A stretch of DNA of 64,000 nucleotides from an uncultured Bacteroidales bacterium (lineage in GTDB: Bacteria > Bacteroidota > Bacteroidia > Bacteroidales > F082): contig CAMHFN010000011.1 of assembly GCA_946184615.1 (NCBI GenBank), positions 5,035 to 69,034 of the forward strand, read 5' to 3'. A model generated the notes under the pieces. It worked only from the letters and a program-made list of their open reading frames with translations, did not search any database and was not told the DNA's origin. The position numbers and the translations under genes were made by a program. Positions 9,860-17,739 of the stretch are shown here, one piece after another. Positions within the stretch are counted from its first letter, which is position 1. Every line of letters starts with the position of its first letter.

Positions 9860-11113
9860 ATGGGACTTATTAAAGCAATTGGCAGTGCCATTGGCGGCAC
9901 GCTGAAAGATCAGTGGTTAGATCTAATCAAATGCGACAACATGGACATGGACACCCTGATGGTGAAACAAACCACCAAGTCGGGGCAGATCTCCAAAGGC
10001 AGCCGTATCATCGTGGCTCCCGGTCAGGCCGTTGTGATTTACGACAGCGGTTCGGTACTTGATGCCTCGGCTGAAGAAGGCGTCTACACCTTCGATCAAT
10101 CCTCGTCACCTTCCTTCTTTGGCGGACAATTCGGTCCGGTCTTCAAGGAAATGTGGCAGCGTTTCACCTACGGAGGCACCCCTGCCAAGGAACAAGCCAT
10201 CTTCTTCTTCAACATCAAGGAGATCTTGGACAACAAATTTGGCACGGCAACTCCTATCATGTTCCAAGACTGGAAACACCCGTCCTTCACTGAAGACGGA
10301 CAGAAAGACGGCACTTTCATGAACATTCGTTGCTACGGCAAATACACCTTCCAACTCGACGACATGGGGGTCTTCATGCGCAACCATGCTGGCACGGGCA
10401 ACATCATCAAAAAAGACGCCATCACGGAACAGATGCGCAGCGAGGTGATCGCCGCTTTGCAATCGATCATCAACGAACTCGGCAGCGGAGCCGAACCCAT
10501 CGGTGCCTTAGAACTGCCCAGCAAGACCCAGAAGATGAAAGAGATCATGGACGCCAGAGTGTTCGACGCTCCCATCCGCGCCCGTGGTATCCGTCTGGTG
10601 AGCTTTACCATCGAATCGGTCTCTCTCGACGACGAGAGCAAAGAATTCCTCCGTCAGTATCAGACTGGTGGTTCAGGCAACCTGGCCAGAGGCAGCATGC
10701 TCGGCACTATGCGCGCTGCTGCTGAAAATGAAGGCGGTGCTGGTGCCGGCTTCATGGGCATCGGCATGGCTGGCATGGGCTTCGGCACCGCCGGCAATAT
10801 GATGGGTGGCATGGTTCCCCCGCAACAACAGCAGCAACAGCCCCAGCCTCAAGCTGCACCGCAACCTCAAGGCGTCCCCTGCCCAAAGTGCGGCACACCC
10901 ATTACGGGCAAGTTCTGCCCCAACTGCGGCACACCAGCTCCCGCCCCGAAGGTAGCCAAGAAATGTCCAAATTGCGGCACGGAGACCACGGGTAAATTCT
11001 GCCCTGAGTGCGGCACCCCGATCCCAGCCGACAACGGTCCTAAGCACTGCACCAACTGCGGTGCCGAGGTGACTGGCAAGTTCTGCCCTGAATGCGGCAC
11101 TCCTATTGCCTAA
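9860..11113 (+). CDS. SPFH/band-7-like protein (COG4260, YdjI-like) with Gly/Met/Gln linker and three C-terminal double zinc ribbons
   Basis: The N-terminus MGLIKAIGSAIGGTLKDQWLDLIKCD...IIVAPGQAVVIYDSG is typical of the 'virion core protein-like' SPFH family. A poly-Q/P linker follows. Then CPKCGT..GKFCPNCGT, CPNCGT..GKFCPECGT and CTNCGA..GKFCPECGT. Confidence 0.7.
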   Translation: MGLIKAIGSAIGGTLKDQWLDLIKCDNMDMDTLMVKQTTKSGQISKGSRIIVAPGQAVVIYDSGSVLDASAEEGVYTFDQSSSPSFFGGQFGPVFKEMWQRFTYGGTPAKEQAIFFFNIKEILDNKFGTATPIMFQDWKHPSFTEDGQKDGTFMNIRCYGKYTFQLDDMGVFMRNHAGTGNIIKKDAITEQMRSEVIAALQSIINELGSGAEPIGALELPSKTQKMKEIMDARVFDAPIRARGIRLVSFTIESVSLDDESKEFLRQYQTGGSGNLARGSMLGTMRAAAENEGGAGAGFMGIGMAGMGFGTAGNMMGGMVPPQQQQQQPQPQAAPQPQGVPCPKCGTPITGKFCPNCGTPAPAPKVAKKCPNCGTETTGKFCPECGTPIPADNGPKHCTNCGAEVTGKFCPECGTPIA

Positions 11114-11130
11114 CCTGGGGTATTAATACA

Positions 11131-11166
11131 CGTAGAGACGCGCCTCGGCACGTCTCTACGTTATTT
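11131..11166 (+). terminator. Rho-independent terminator after the SPFH gene
   Basis: 10-bp stem cgtagagacg/cgtctctacg with a 10-nt loop, then ttattt. Confidence 0.65.
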
Positions 11167-11167
11167 G

Positions 11168-11240
11168 AGCGAATAACGGGGTTCGAACCCGCGACCCTCA
11201 GCTTGGGAAGCTGATGCTCTACCAACTGAGCTACATTCGC
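11168..11240 (-). tRNA. tRNA-Gly (anticodon CCC)
   Basis: The reverse complement is GCGAATGTAGCTCAGTTGGTAGAGCATCAGCTTCCCAAGCTGAGGGTCGCGGGTTCGAACCCCGTTATTCGCT. The anticodon loop is TTCCCAA and the cloverleaf is canonical. Confidence 0.9.
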
Positions 11241-11284
11241 ATTCGGCTGCAAAGATACAAAAAAATCAGAAAACCTAAAAAAAA

Positions 11285-11319
11285 TTCTTACTTCTTACTT
11301 CTTCCTTCTAAATTCTATA
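11285..11319. repeat. Heptamer tandem repeat (TTCTTAC TTCTTAC TTCTTCC TTCTAAA TTCTATA)
   Basis: Read directly; it ends 5 nt before ATG 11325. Confidence 0.8.
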
Positions 11320-11324
11320 AAAAC

Positions 11325-12047
11325 ATGCCCATCACCGAAAGAGAAGAAAAAATCATCCGTCAGAGCTTCCAACCCAAGTCATGGAACGACGTGAAGACCC
11401 ACGACTCCTGGTCGGTATTCAAAATCATGGCCGAGTTCGTGGACGGTATGGAAAAAATGTCGAAAATAGGCCCTTGCGTTGCTATCTTCGGCTCAGCCCG
11501 CACCAAACCTGGAGATAAATATTACCAAATGGCCGAAGACATTGCTCGAGGCATCACCGAACTCGGTTTTGGTGTCATCACAGGCGGTGGACCTGGCATC
11601 ATGGAGGCAGGCAACAAAGGAGCCAAAGAAGCCGGTGGCATCAGCGTGGGGCTTGAGATCCTGCTGCCCTTTGAAGGCAAATGCAACGACTACGTTGACT
11701 TCGACAAGAACATACGATTCAACTATTTCTTCGTCCGCAAGAACATTTTCATGCGCTATGCCCAAGGCTACATCGCTATGCCTGGCGGATTCGGCACCCT
11801 CGACGAGATGTCGGAAGCCCTCACCCTCATCCAAACGGAAAAACTCTCCGATTTCCCCGTCGTCCTCGTCGGCAAAGACTACTGGCAGGGACTGATCGAC
11901 TGGTTCCGCAACACCATGCTGAAGGAGCAGATGATCAAAGAGGAAGACTTCGACATCTTCCATGTGGTTGACACCGCCGAAGAAGCCGTCAAGGTGATTG
12001 AGGACTTCTACCACCGCTTCAGTGTGAAACCCAATCTGGAACTCTGA
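11325..12047 (+). CDS. LOG family protein (TIGR00730; nucleotide 5'-monophosphate phosphoribohydrolase, 'lysine decarboxylase-like')
   Basis: ORF 11214..12047 trimmed to ATG 11325, because the upstream part overlaps tRNA-Gly. Motifs GFGVITGGGPGIMEAGNKGA and MPGGFGTLDEMSEALTLIQT (PGGxGTxxE) are present. Confidence 0.8.
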   Translation: MPITEREEKIIRQSFQPKSWNDVKTHDSWSVFKIMAEFVDGMEKMSKIGPCVAIFGSARTKPGDKYYQMAEDIARGITELGFGVITGGGPGIMEAGNKGAKEAGGISVGLEILLPFEGKCNDYVDFDKNIRFNYFFVRKNIFMRYAQGYIAMPGGFGTLDEMSEALTLIQTEKLSDFPVVLVGKDYWQGLIDWFRNTMLKEQMIKEEDFDIFHVVDTAEEAVKVIEDFYHRFSVKPNLEL

Positions 12048-12493
12048 TGCAGATTCCCATCCAACTTTTGGATATCGAAGGAGATGGCTTCCACATCCTG
12101 GTCAAAGGAAAGATCAATGGCTTGGAAGCCAACTTCTTGATTGACACTGGGGCATCCCGTTCCGTGTTCGACCCCACCGTCATCACCCGCTTTGTCGAGA
12201 ATCTCGAGTTCAAGAAAAAACCAGGCATTACCGCCGGCGTGGGCGGCAACGACTTGGAAAGCGCCACCTTTATTATCGATACACTCTCGTTTGGCGAAAT
12301 CGACATTCACCACTATGAGGCAGTTGCCCTCGACTTAGAAAACATCCACGAAACTTACCAGAAACTACATTTGCCCGCCATTGACGGCATCATTGGCGGC
12401 GACCTTCTGTACCAGCTCAAAGCCACCCTCAACTACCGCTTGAGAAAGATCCGGTTCACCGCACCACGCTCCAAATCCAAAACCAAAAGATAA
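12047..12493 (+). CDS. Single-domain retropepsin-like (clan AA) aspartic protease
   Basis: 148 aa. It has the catalytic motif FLIDTGASRSVF and a downstream IDGIIGGDLL. No signal peptide is visible. The start overlaps the LOG stop (TGATG). Confidence 0.7.
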   Translation: MQIPIQLLDIEGDGFHILVKGKINGLEANFLIDTGASRSVFDPTVITRFVENLEFKKKPGITAGVGGNDLESATFIIDTLSFGEIDIHHYEAVALDLENIHETYQKLHLPAIDGIIGGDLLYQLKATLNYRLRKIRFTAPRSKSKTKR

Positions 12494-14514
12494 ATCCCGG
12501 GACGCAGGCCAGCCACATCCAGCACCGCCTCATGCGTACCGATGGTCTGTTCCAATAGTTTTCTTCCAAACACATCCCTAACGGTAACCGCTTTAACATC
12601 ACCCTCTTGCGAAATAATACTGATTTGGGATAATACAGGGTTTGGGAATATCACTAGATCATTATCTTCCTGGTATTCTGAGATTTCCAAATTATTCACC
12701 GCGATATCGGCATTGAATAGTTGCAATCCGCCCGCAAAACTACCCACCATCAGTTCCACCCTTCCGTCATTGTTGAAGTCGATTACCGCAATTGAAGAGC
12801 GCATCCCAAAACGCTCCGACATATTCTCACTTAGTTCGGTCCAGCGTTCAGATGCTTCACGAAACACCCCATTTTCATCGGTGTTGACCCCATCGAAAAG
12901 AAACAACTTTCCCGACTCGGAACCAACGGCCAATAGGACCTCATCGCCCCATTGAAACAAGGTTGGGACACTGTAACCATAATACGATGTAGAATAATCA
13001 CGAACGTCCACGCCACCCCAAAAATCCGCTCTCCTAACACCTAATGCCTCACTTCCCTTATAGAACGAAAGCCGTCCCATGGCGTTCCCCACCACCAAAT
13101 CAATGACGCCATCCTGATCCACATCATAGAAACATGGTGCTGACCATGCCTTGTCGTAATGAAGATAATCATCATCAAGCAAGGTGCCGTCGTGACCGTA
13201 AAGCATCAAACGCCCTTCCGCAGTGCCAAGCAGCAGTTCTGGTTGCCCATCGCCATCAAGGTCGTAAAAAGAGGGAACCAGACCTGTATAGTCACCAAAG
13301 CTGAAAGGGAAGTCCGTGATTTGGAACTCGGGGGCAGTCGCTGTGCCTATGTTATGGAGCCAAGTGAGATGGTTTTCACTAATGGTTCCCACTACAAGGT
13401 CGTTCAATCCATCTCCATCCCAGTCCACCACCGTGGGATAAGACCCAACACCAAAATCAAGCATCACTTCCTGTAAAAACGATTTGGTATAAAGTTGGAA
13501 ATCCGGCCTTTCATTGGTCCCTTGATTCAAATAAAGCCAAACACTTTCTTGGCCAACTGAAGCCAGCGGATCGGGATCAAAAGGTGAGACTAGCAGATCG
13601 TCGAAGCCATCGTTATTGATATCCGTGAAGAAAGGCACTGGCATCGATGGAAGATTCACAGGGAAGGATGAAGGGAAGTCCTCTGTTTGGCTGACCATCA
13701 AGGCTTTTTCGGCATCGCCGCCGTTGACAAGCAGTGTCAGTCCCGGATAGTCCACATCGGCCAACAACAAGTCGAGCAATCCATCGCCGTTCAAGTCGCG
13801 TACTGCAACGGTAGCGCCACGATGTCGAGGGAGGTCTTTATCCACCATCAGGCCCAAACCGAATAGACAGGTGTCGAGATACATCAGGTTGTCCTCTTCG
13901 CTCTCCGCCACACGACCCCAGCATAGGTCGGTCCGTTCAAAAAGCAACGAATCCCGATGCCCATAATGCTCCATGGAGAGGTTCAAGTGTTTCTCTATGA
14001 AAGTCCCCATTACCCCAAAGGTCAAAATATCCAAGTCGCCATCCCCATCGAGGTCCACGATGGCAGGATAGTCCGCATCGGTAGCCAGGAGGTTCACCTC
14101 GCCCCCACCCTGCCACGAAGTCAGAAAAGGAGTCACCACCAGTTCAAACGCAGGTTGTCCCAGAGCCGAAACATTGCGATACACTTTGATTCCCGCCCAA
14201 CCTTTTGAATAGGTGAAGATATCTTCCCTTCCATCGCCATCGTAATCGACAAACACGGTCCAACCGTTCAGTTTAGGAAAGAAAACATCATATTCAGAGG
14301 TGAACTCATAACGAATCTCCCCTACTGCTCCTTTATTTAGGAAACACAACAAGCGTTCGCCGTGACGGTCAAACACCAGCAAGTCCTTTTGTCCATCGCC
14401 ATTGAGGTCCATGCGGCCGAACTGGCAGGCGTTGAGTCCGCCCACCCATGGGGAGTTCTCTCCCGAGAGGACAAATGAAGCCAATAGTAATATCGTCAAA
14501 AGAAAATGTTTCAT
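12433..14514 (-). CDS. FG-GAP/VCBS-repeat protein with T9SS C-terminal sorting domain
   Basis: Trimmed to ATG 14514 (signal peptide MKHFLLTILLLASFVLSG). At least nine D.[DN].DG..[DE]L calcium-loop repeats are present (DLNGDGQKDLLVFD, DYDGDGREDIF, DLDGDGDLDILTFG and others). The C-terminal CTD reads FPNPVLSQISI...GIYLLVLDLERGAVNRIFLKR. Confidence 0.8.
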   Translation of the reverse strand: MKHFLLTILLLASFVLSGENSPWVGGLNACQFGRMDLNGDGQKDLLVFDRHGERLLCFLNKGAVGEIRYEFTSEYDVFFPKLNGWTVFVDYDGDGREDIFTYSKGWAGIKVYRNVSALGQPAFELVVTPFLTSWQGGGEVNLLATDADYPAIVDLDGDGDLDILTFGVMGTFIEKHLNLSMEHYGHRDSLLFERTDLCWGRVAESEEDNLMYLDTCLFGLGLMVDKDLPRHRGATVAVRDLNGDGLLDLLLADVDYPGLTLLVNGGDAEKALMVSQTEDFPSSFPVNLPSMPVPFFTDINNDGFDDLLVSPFDPDPLASVGQESVWLYLNQGTNERPDFQLYTKSFLQEVMLDFGVGSYPTVVDWDGDGLNDLVVGTISENHLTWLHNIGTATAPEFQITDFPFSFGDYTGLVPSFYDLDGDGQPELLLGTAEGRLMLYGHDGTLLDDDYLHYDKAWSAPCFYDVDQDGVIDLVVGNAMGRLSFYKGSEALGVRRADFWGGVDVRDYSTSYYGYSVPTLFQWGDEVLLAVGSESGKLFLFDGVNTDENGVFREASERWTELSENMSERFGMRSSIAVIDFNNDGRVELMVGSFAGGLQLFNADIAVNNLEISEYQEDNDLVIFPNPVLSQISIISQEGDVKAVTVRDVFGRKLLEQTIGTHEAVLDVAGLRPGIYLLVLDLERGAVNRIFLKR

Positions 14515-14532
14515 CTTCGGTGTTTCGACCCA

Positions 14533-14550
14533 CAAAAATAACTATTTTTG
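14533..14550. promoter_or_regulatory. Back-to-back divergent -7 promoter boxes forming a palindrome (CAAAAATA AC TATTTTTG)
   Basis: The minus-strand TATTTTTG lies 18 nt from ATG 14514. The plus-strand TATTTTTG lies 19 nt from ATG 14570. Confidence 0.5.
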
Positions 14551-14569
14551 CAAAAGAAAGCTTTTCATT

Positions 14570-15730
14570 ATGTCAAGAATACTCATTATCGATGACCAGG
14601 ATCCTATCCGTCGAGTGCTACGCGACATCCTGGAAAACGAAAACTATCAGGTTGACGATGCAGCCAATGGCCCCACTGCCTTGCAGATGATCAAAGAGCA
14701 GGAATACGATGCCATCTTGTGCGACATCAAGATGCCCGACATGGACGGCATTGAGGTCCTGGAGCAGGTGAAGGCCACAAGCGACACACCTGTCATCATG
14801 ATTTCGGGTCATGCTACCATTGACAACGCGGTGGAAGCCATCAAAAAAGGGGCGTTTGACTTCATCCAGAAACCGCCCGACTTGAACCGGTTACTCATCA
14901 CGATGCGTAACGCTTTAGACAAGCGCAGCCTCAGCACCGAGAACAAAGCTTTGAAGAAAGCCGTCAGCCGTCAGAACGAGATGGTGGGACAGTCCGCCCC
15001 CATGATGGAGGTCCGCGACATGATCGAGAAGGTGGCCCCCACCAACGCCCGCGTACTCATCACTGGCGAGAATGGCACCGGCAAGGAGTTGGTAGCACGC
15101 CAGCTTCATGAACTCAGCCCCCGCCGCTATGGTCCTTTCATCGAGGTCAACTGCGCGGCTATCCCCGCCGAACTCATCGAAAGCCAGTTGTTTGGCCACG
15201 AAAAAGGCTCATTCACCTCAGCCATCAAGCAGAAAAAGGGCGACTTCGAGTTGGCCACTGGAGGCACCTTGTTTCTCGATGAGATTGGCGACATGAGTCT
15301 GGCGGCCCAAGCCAAAGTGTTGCGTGCCTTGCAGGAGAACAAGATTGTCCGCGTGGGTGGCGAGAAAGAGATTCCAGTAGATGTGCGCATCCTAGCCGCC
15401 ACCAACAAAGACCTGCGCAAGATGATTGACGAGAACACCTTCCGCGAAGACTTGTATCACCGTTTGAGTGTCATCGTCATCCATGTCCCGCCACTCCGTG
15501 AGCGCAAGGACGACATTCCGCTATTGGTGAGCAGTTTCGTTGAGACCATCGCCGCCAATATGGGTCAAGCGGTACCGAAGTTCACCGACGAAGCCTTTGA
15601 GGAGCTCAAAAACTACCAGTGGACCGGCAACATCCGTGAGTTGCACAACATCGTGGAACGATTGGTGATTCTCTGTGGGAGCACCATCACCAAGGATGAC
15701 GTCATTCACTTTGGCAATCCGCTGAAATAA
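14570..15730 (+). CDS. Sigma-54-dependent response regulator (receiver + AAA+ domain) lacking a C-terminal HTH
   Basis: Trimmed to ATG 14570. Receiver domain MSRILIIDDQ...ILCDIKMPDMDG. Walker A is GENGTGKE, Walker B is TLFLDEIGDM, and RVGG...VRILAATN follows. The protein ends 24 aa after NIRELHNIVERLVIL. The GAFTGA loop reads GSFTSA. Confidence 0.8.
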   Translation: MSRILIIDDQDPIRRVLRDILENENYQVDDAANGPTALQMIKEQEYDAILCDIKMPDMDGIEVLEQVKATSDTPVIMISGHATIDNAVEAIKKGAFDFIQKPPDLNRLLITMRNALDKRSLSTENKALKKAVSRQNEMVGQSAPMMEVRDMIEKVAPTNARVLITGENGTGKELVARQLHELSPRRYGPFIEVNCAAIPAELIESQLFGHEKGSFTSAIKQKKGDFELATGGTLFLDEIGDMSLAAQAKVLRALQENKIVRVGGEKEIPVDVRILAATNKDLRKMIDENTFREDLYHRLSVIVIHVPPLRERKDDIPLLVSSFVETIAANMGQAVPKFTDEAFEELKNYQWTGNIRELHNIVERLVILCGSTITKDDVIHFGNPLK

Positions 15731-15870
15731 ACGGGAAACGGAAAGTTGAAGGTTTTCCATTAAAAACCCTTGCGGTGGAACGAAATTTGCTGTAATTTTG
15801 CACCGCTTTTCGAAGGAAGCCCCAAGTATGATTCTTTTTTCTTACTTTTGTCTTCTGACTTCTTGAAAAA

Positions 15871-16268
15871 GGGGGTGACCGGTTTTGACAGCAAGATGAA
15901 TTGTCACGGAAGCATGCCGAGCCTCGCAGCGAAGCTCGTAAATCTTAACTGCAAAAAAGTAATTGGCGAAAATAACTACGCTTTCGCTGCCTGATCGAAG
16001 TACAGTAGATCACTGGCTTAATCCGCCCACAAGGTGGGTGGACGAAACATCCCGCAGGTGGAGATGCCTGATTCCGGCCTGAGCACGGGGTGCTAATCAA
16101 TTTCGGGATCGCTCGCTCGGAGCTTCGACGCGCGGGTTAAATTCAGGAGATAAGGTCAGGTTTAGGGCGTCCGTTCCCTTGCCTGTCACGAAAACCAACA
16201 GCGGAATAAGCATGTAGAAACCTTGGGGGTTCCTTGTTTGGACGAGGGTTCGACTCCCTCCATCTCCA
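15871..16268 (+). ncRNA. ssrA: tmRNA (SsrA), tag peptide GENNYAFAA*
   Basis: The 5' GGGGGTG pairs with the 3' CATCTCC, including the G3:U70 pair, followed by discriminator A. The T-arm is GAGGGTTCGACTCCCTC. The tag ORF ggc gaa aat aac tac gct ttc gct gcc tga lies at 15965-15994 and is close to the Bacteroidota GENNYALAA tag. Confidence 0.9.
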
Positions 16269-16270
16269 CA

Positions 16271-16346
16271 AGAGGGTGACCAAAAAGTGTGCGATAGATG
16301 TCATTGCGAGATCCCGCTACTCCTTTTTGGTCACCCTCTGTTTTGT
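16271..16346 (+). terminator. Long hairpin / terminator directly after tmRNA
   Basis: Perfect 17-bp arms agagggtgaccaaaaag (16271-16287) and ctttttggtcaccctct (16323-16339) enclose a 35-nt loop, followed by gttttgtt. Confidence 0.6.
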
Positions 16347-16423
16347 TATAAAACTGCCGCTACTTTTCTAATGCCTTTTAACATTTCGGCCAATAGAACA
16401 GCTTCTTATCCGACAGAATTTCG

Positions 16424-16431
16424 TAGTTTTG
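16424..16431 (+). promoter_or_regulatory. Putative -7 promoter box TAGTTTTG for sbcDC
   Basis: Matches TAnnTTTG, 25 nt upstream of ATG 16457. Confidence 0.4.
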
Positions 16432-16456
16432 TAAACTAAAAAAAACAATTATCTCT

Positions 16457-17734
16457 ATGATCAAAATCATCGCCACCAGCGACTGGCACCTGGGCAACCT
16501 GTTCCATGGGAACGACCGCTTGCCTGAACATAAACACTTTCTCAACTGGCTGCTGTGTCAGATGGCCGAGCAACAACCTGATGCCCTTCTCGTAGCTGGC
16601 GACGTGTTTGACAACGGCAACCCTTCGGCTGCCGCACAGTCTGCCTATTACGAGTTTCTGGCCGATGCTACACAGACCTGCCCCAAGACCCATATCATCA
16701 TTACCGCCGGCAACCACGACTCAGCCAGCCGGCTCGAAGCACCACGTCCCCTACTCGCCCGCCACAAAGTGGAGATACGGGGCAACGTCCACCGCGAATG
16801 GAAAACAGATCCCGACGGCAGCAACGGCATCTGGCAAATCAATTACGACGACCTGATCATCCCCATCACTAACCAAGAAGGAGAGCAGATCGTGGTGCTG
16901 GCCGTACCCTACCTCCGTAGCGACGTAGTACAAAACGCCAACTACTCGCAAGGGGTCAACGACTTCCTGCGCTCGCTGACCGCCCGTGCCAGAGCATGTT
17001 ATCCCGACAAAAAACTGGTGATGATGGCCCACATGTACGCCACAGGCGCCGAAATTGCAAAAACCGATGCCAGCGAGAAAATCATCATCGGCGGCCAAGA
17101 AGAGGTGAACATGGAAGGTTGGACCGACCACCCCGACTACCTAACCTGCGGCCATATCCACAAACGCCAAAACATCTGGAGTACCAACTGGGCACACTAC
17201 TCAGGGAGCGTGCTCCCCATGTCGTTCGCCGAAAAAGACTACACCCATGGCGTCGACCTCGTGACATTGAAAGACGGACAACCCATCCAAGTGGAACAAC
17301 TCGTTTACGTGCCACAGCACAAACTGGTGGTCCTTCCCGAAGACGACGCCGAACTCACTCCATACAAACTGAAAAAACTCATCGAGAGAAGCCTTAAAGA
17401 CCGTGAAAACAGTCTCTTCGATGAAGCCTTCGACTACGTGACCCTCAAAGTAAAACTGGAAAAAGTGAGCAACGACGACATCAAGGAGCTGGAAGACCTG
17501 ATCCACACGAAAAACGCCGTGCTCTGCAAGATCCAAAAAATCATCCCCCAACTCGAACTCTCCACCATCACTGGGACCCAACAGCTGAAAAGCATCGACG
17601 ACATCCTCAACCGCGACCCGATGGAAACACTCCGCGAAGCCTACCTCATCGAACACGGCACCGACATGAGCGAAGACCAGACCGCGTTGCTCACGAATCT
17701 ATTGAACGGCATCAAAAACGAACCAAACGACTGA
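16457..17734 (+). CDS. sbcD: Exonuclease SbcCD, nuclease subunit D (Mre11-like)
   Basis: Metallophosphoesterase motifs are present: IATSDWHLG, LLVAGDVFD, ITAGNHD and CGHIH. Confidence 0.85.
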   Translation: MIKIIATSDWHLGNLFHGNDRLPEHKHFLNWLLCQMAEQQPDALLVAGDVFDNGNPSAAAQSAYYEFLADATQTCPKTHIIITAGNHDSASRLEAPRPLLARHKVEIRGNVHREWKTDPDGSNGIWQINYDDLIIPITNQEGEQIVVLAVPYLRSDVVQNANYSQGVNDFLRSLTARARACYPDKKLVMMAHMYATGAEIAKTDASEKIIIGGQEEVNMEGWTDHPDYLTCGHIHKRQNIWSTNWAHYSGSVLPMSFAEKDYTHGVDLVTLKDGQPIQVEQLVYVPQHKLVVLPEDDAELTPYKLKKLIERSLKDRENSLFDEAFDYVTLKVKLEKVSNDDIKELEDLIHTKNAVLCKIQKIIPQLELSTITGTQQLKSIDDILNRDPMETLREAYLIEHGTDMSEDQTALLTNLLNGIKNEPND

Positions 17735-17739
17735 AAACC

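Noticed and set aside
11214-11324. N-terminal extension of the LOG ORF
   Set aside because: It overlaps tRNA-Gly on the opposite strand and runs through the heptamer repeat. The ATG at 11325 gives a normal LOG N-terminus.
12433-12493. 61-nt convergent overlap of the retropepsin-like gene and the FG-GAP gene. Related cases are the 14-nt uvrA/hydrolase overlap at 79-92, and the zero-gap convergent stops at 25413/25414 and 42482/42483.
   Set aside because: This is probably just compact genome organisation with basic C-terminal tails. There is no additional signal to support a specific mechanism.
15770-15994. 74-aa ORF ending in ...GENNYAFAA
   Set aside because: It is an artefactual extension through the tmRNA gene. 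Only the last 9 codons (15965-15994) form the real tag reading frame.
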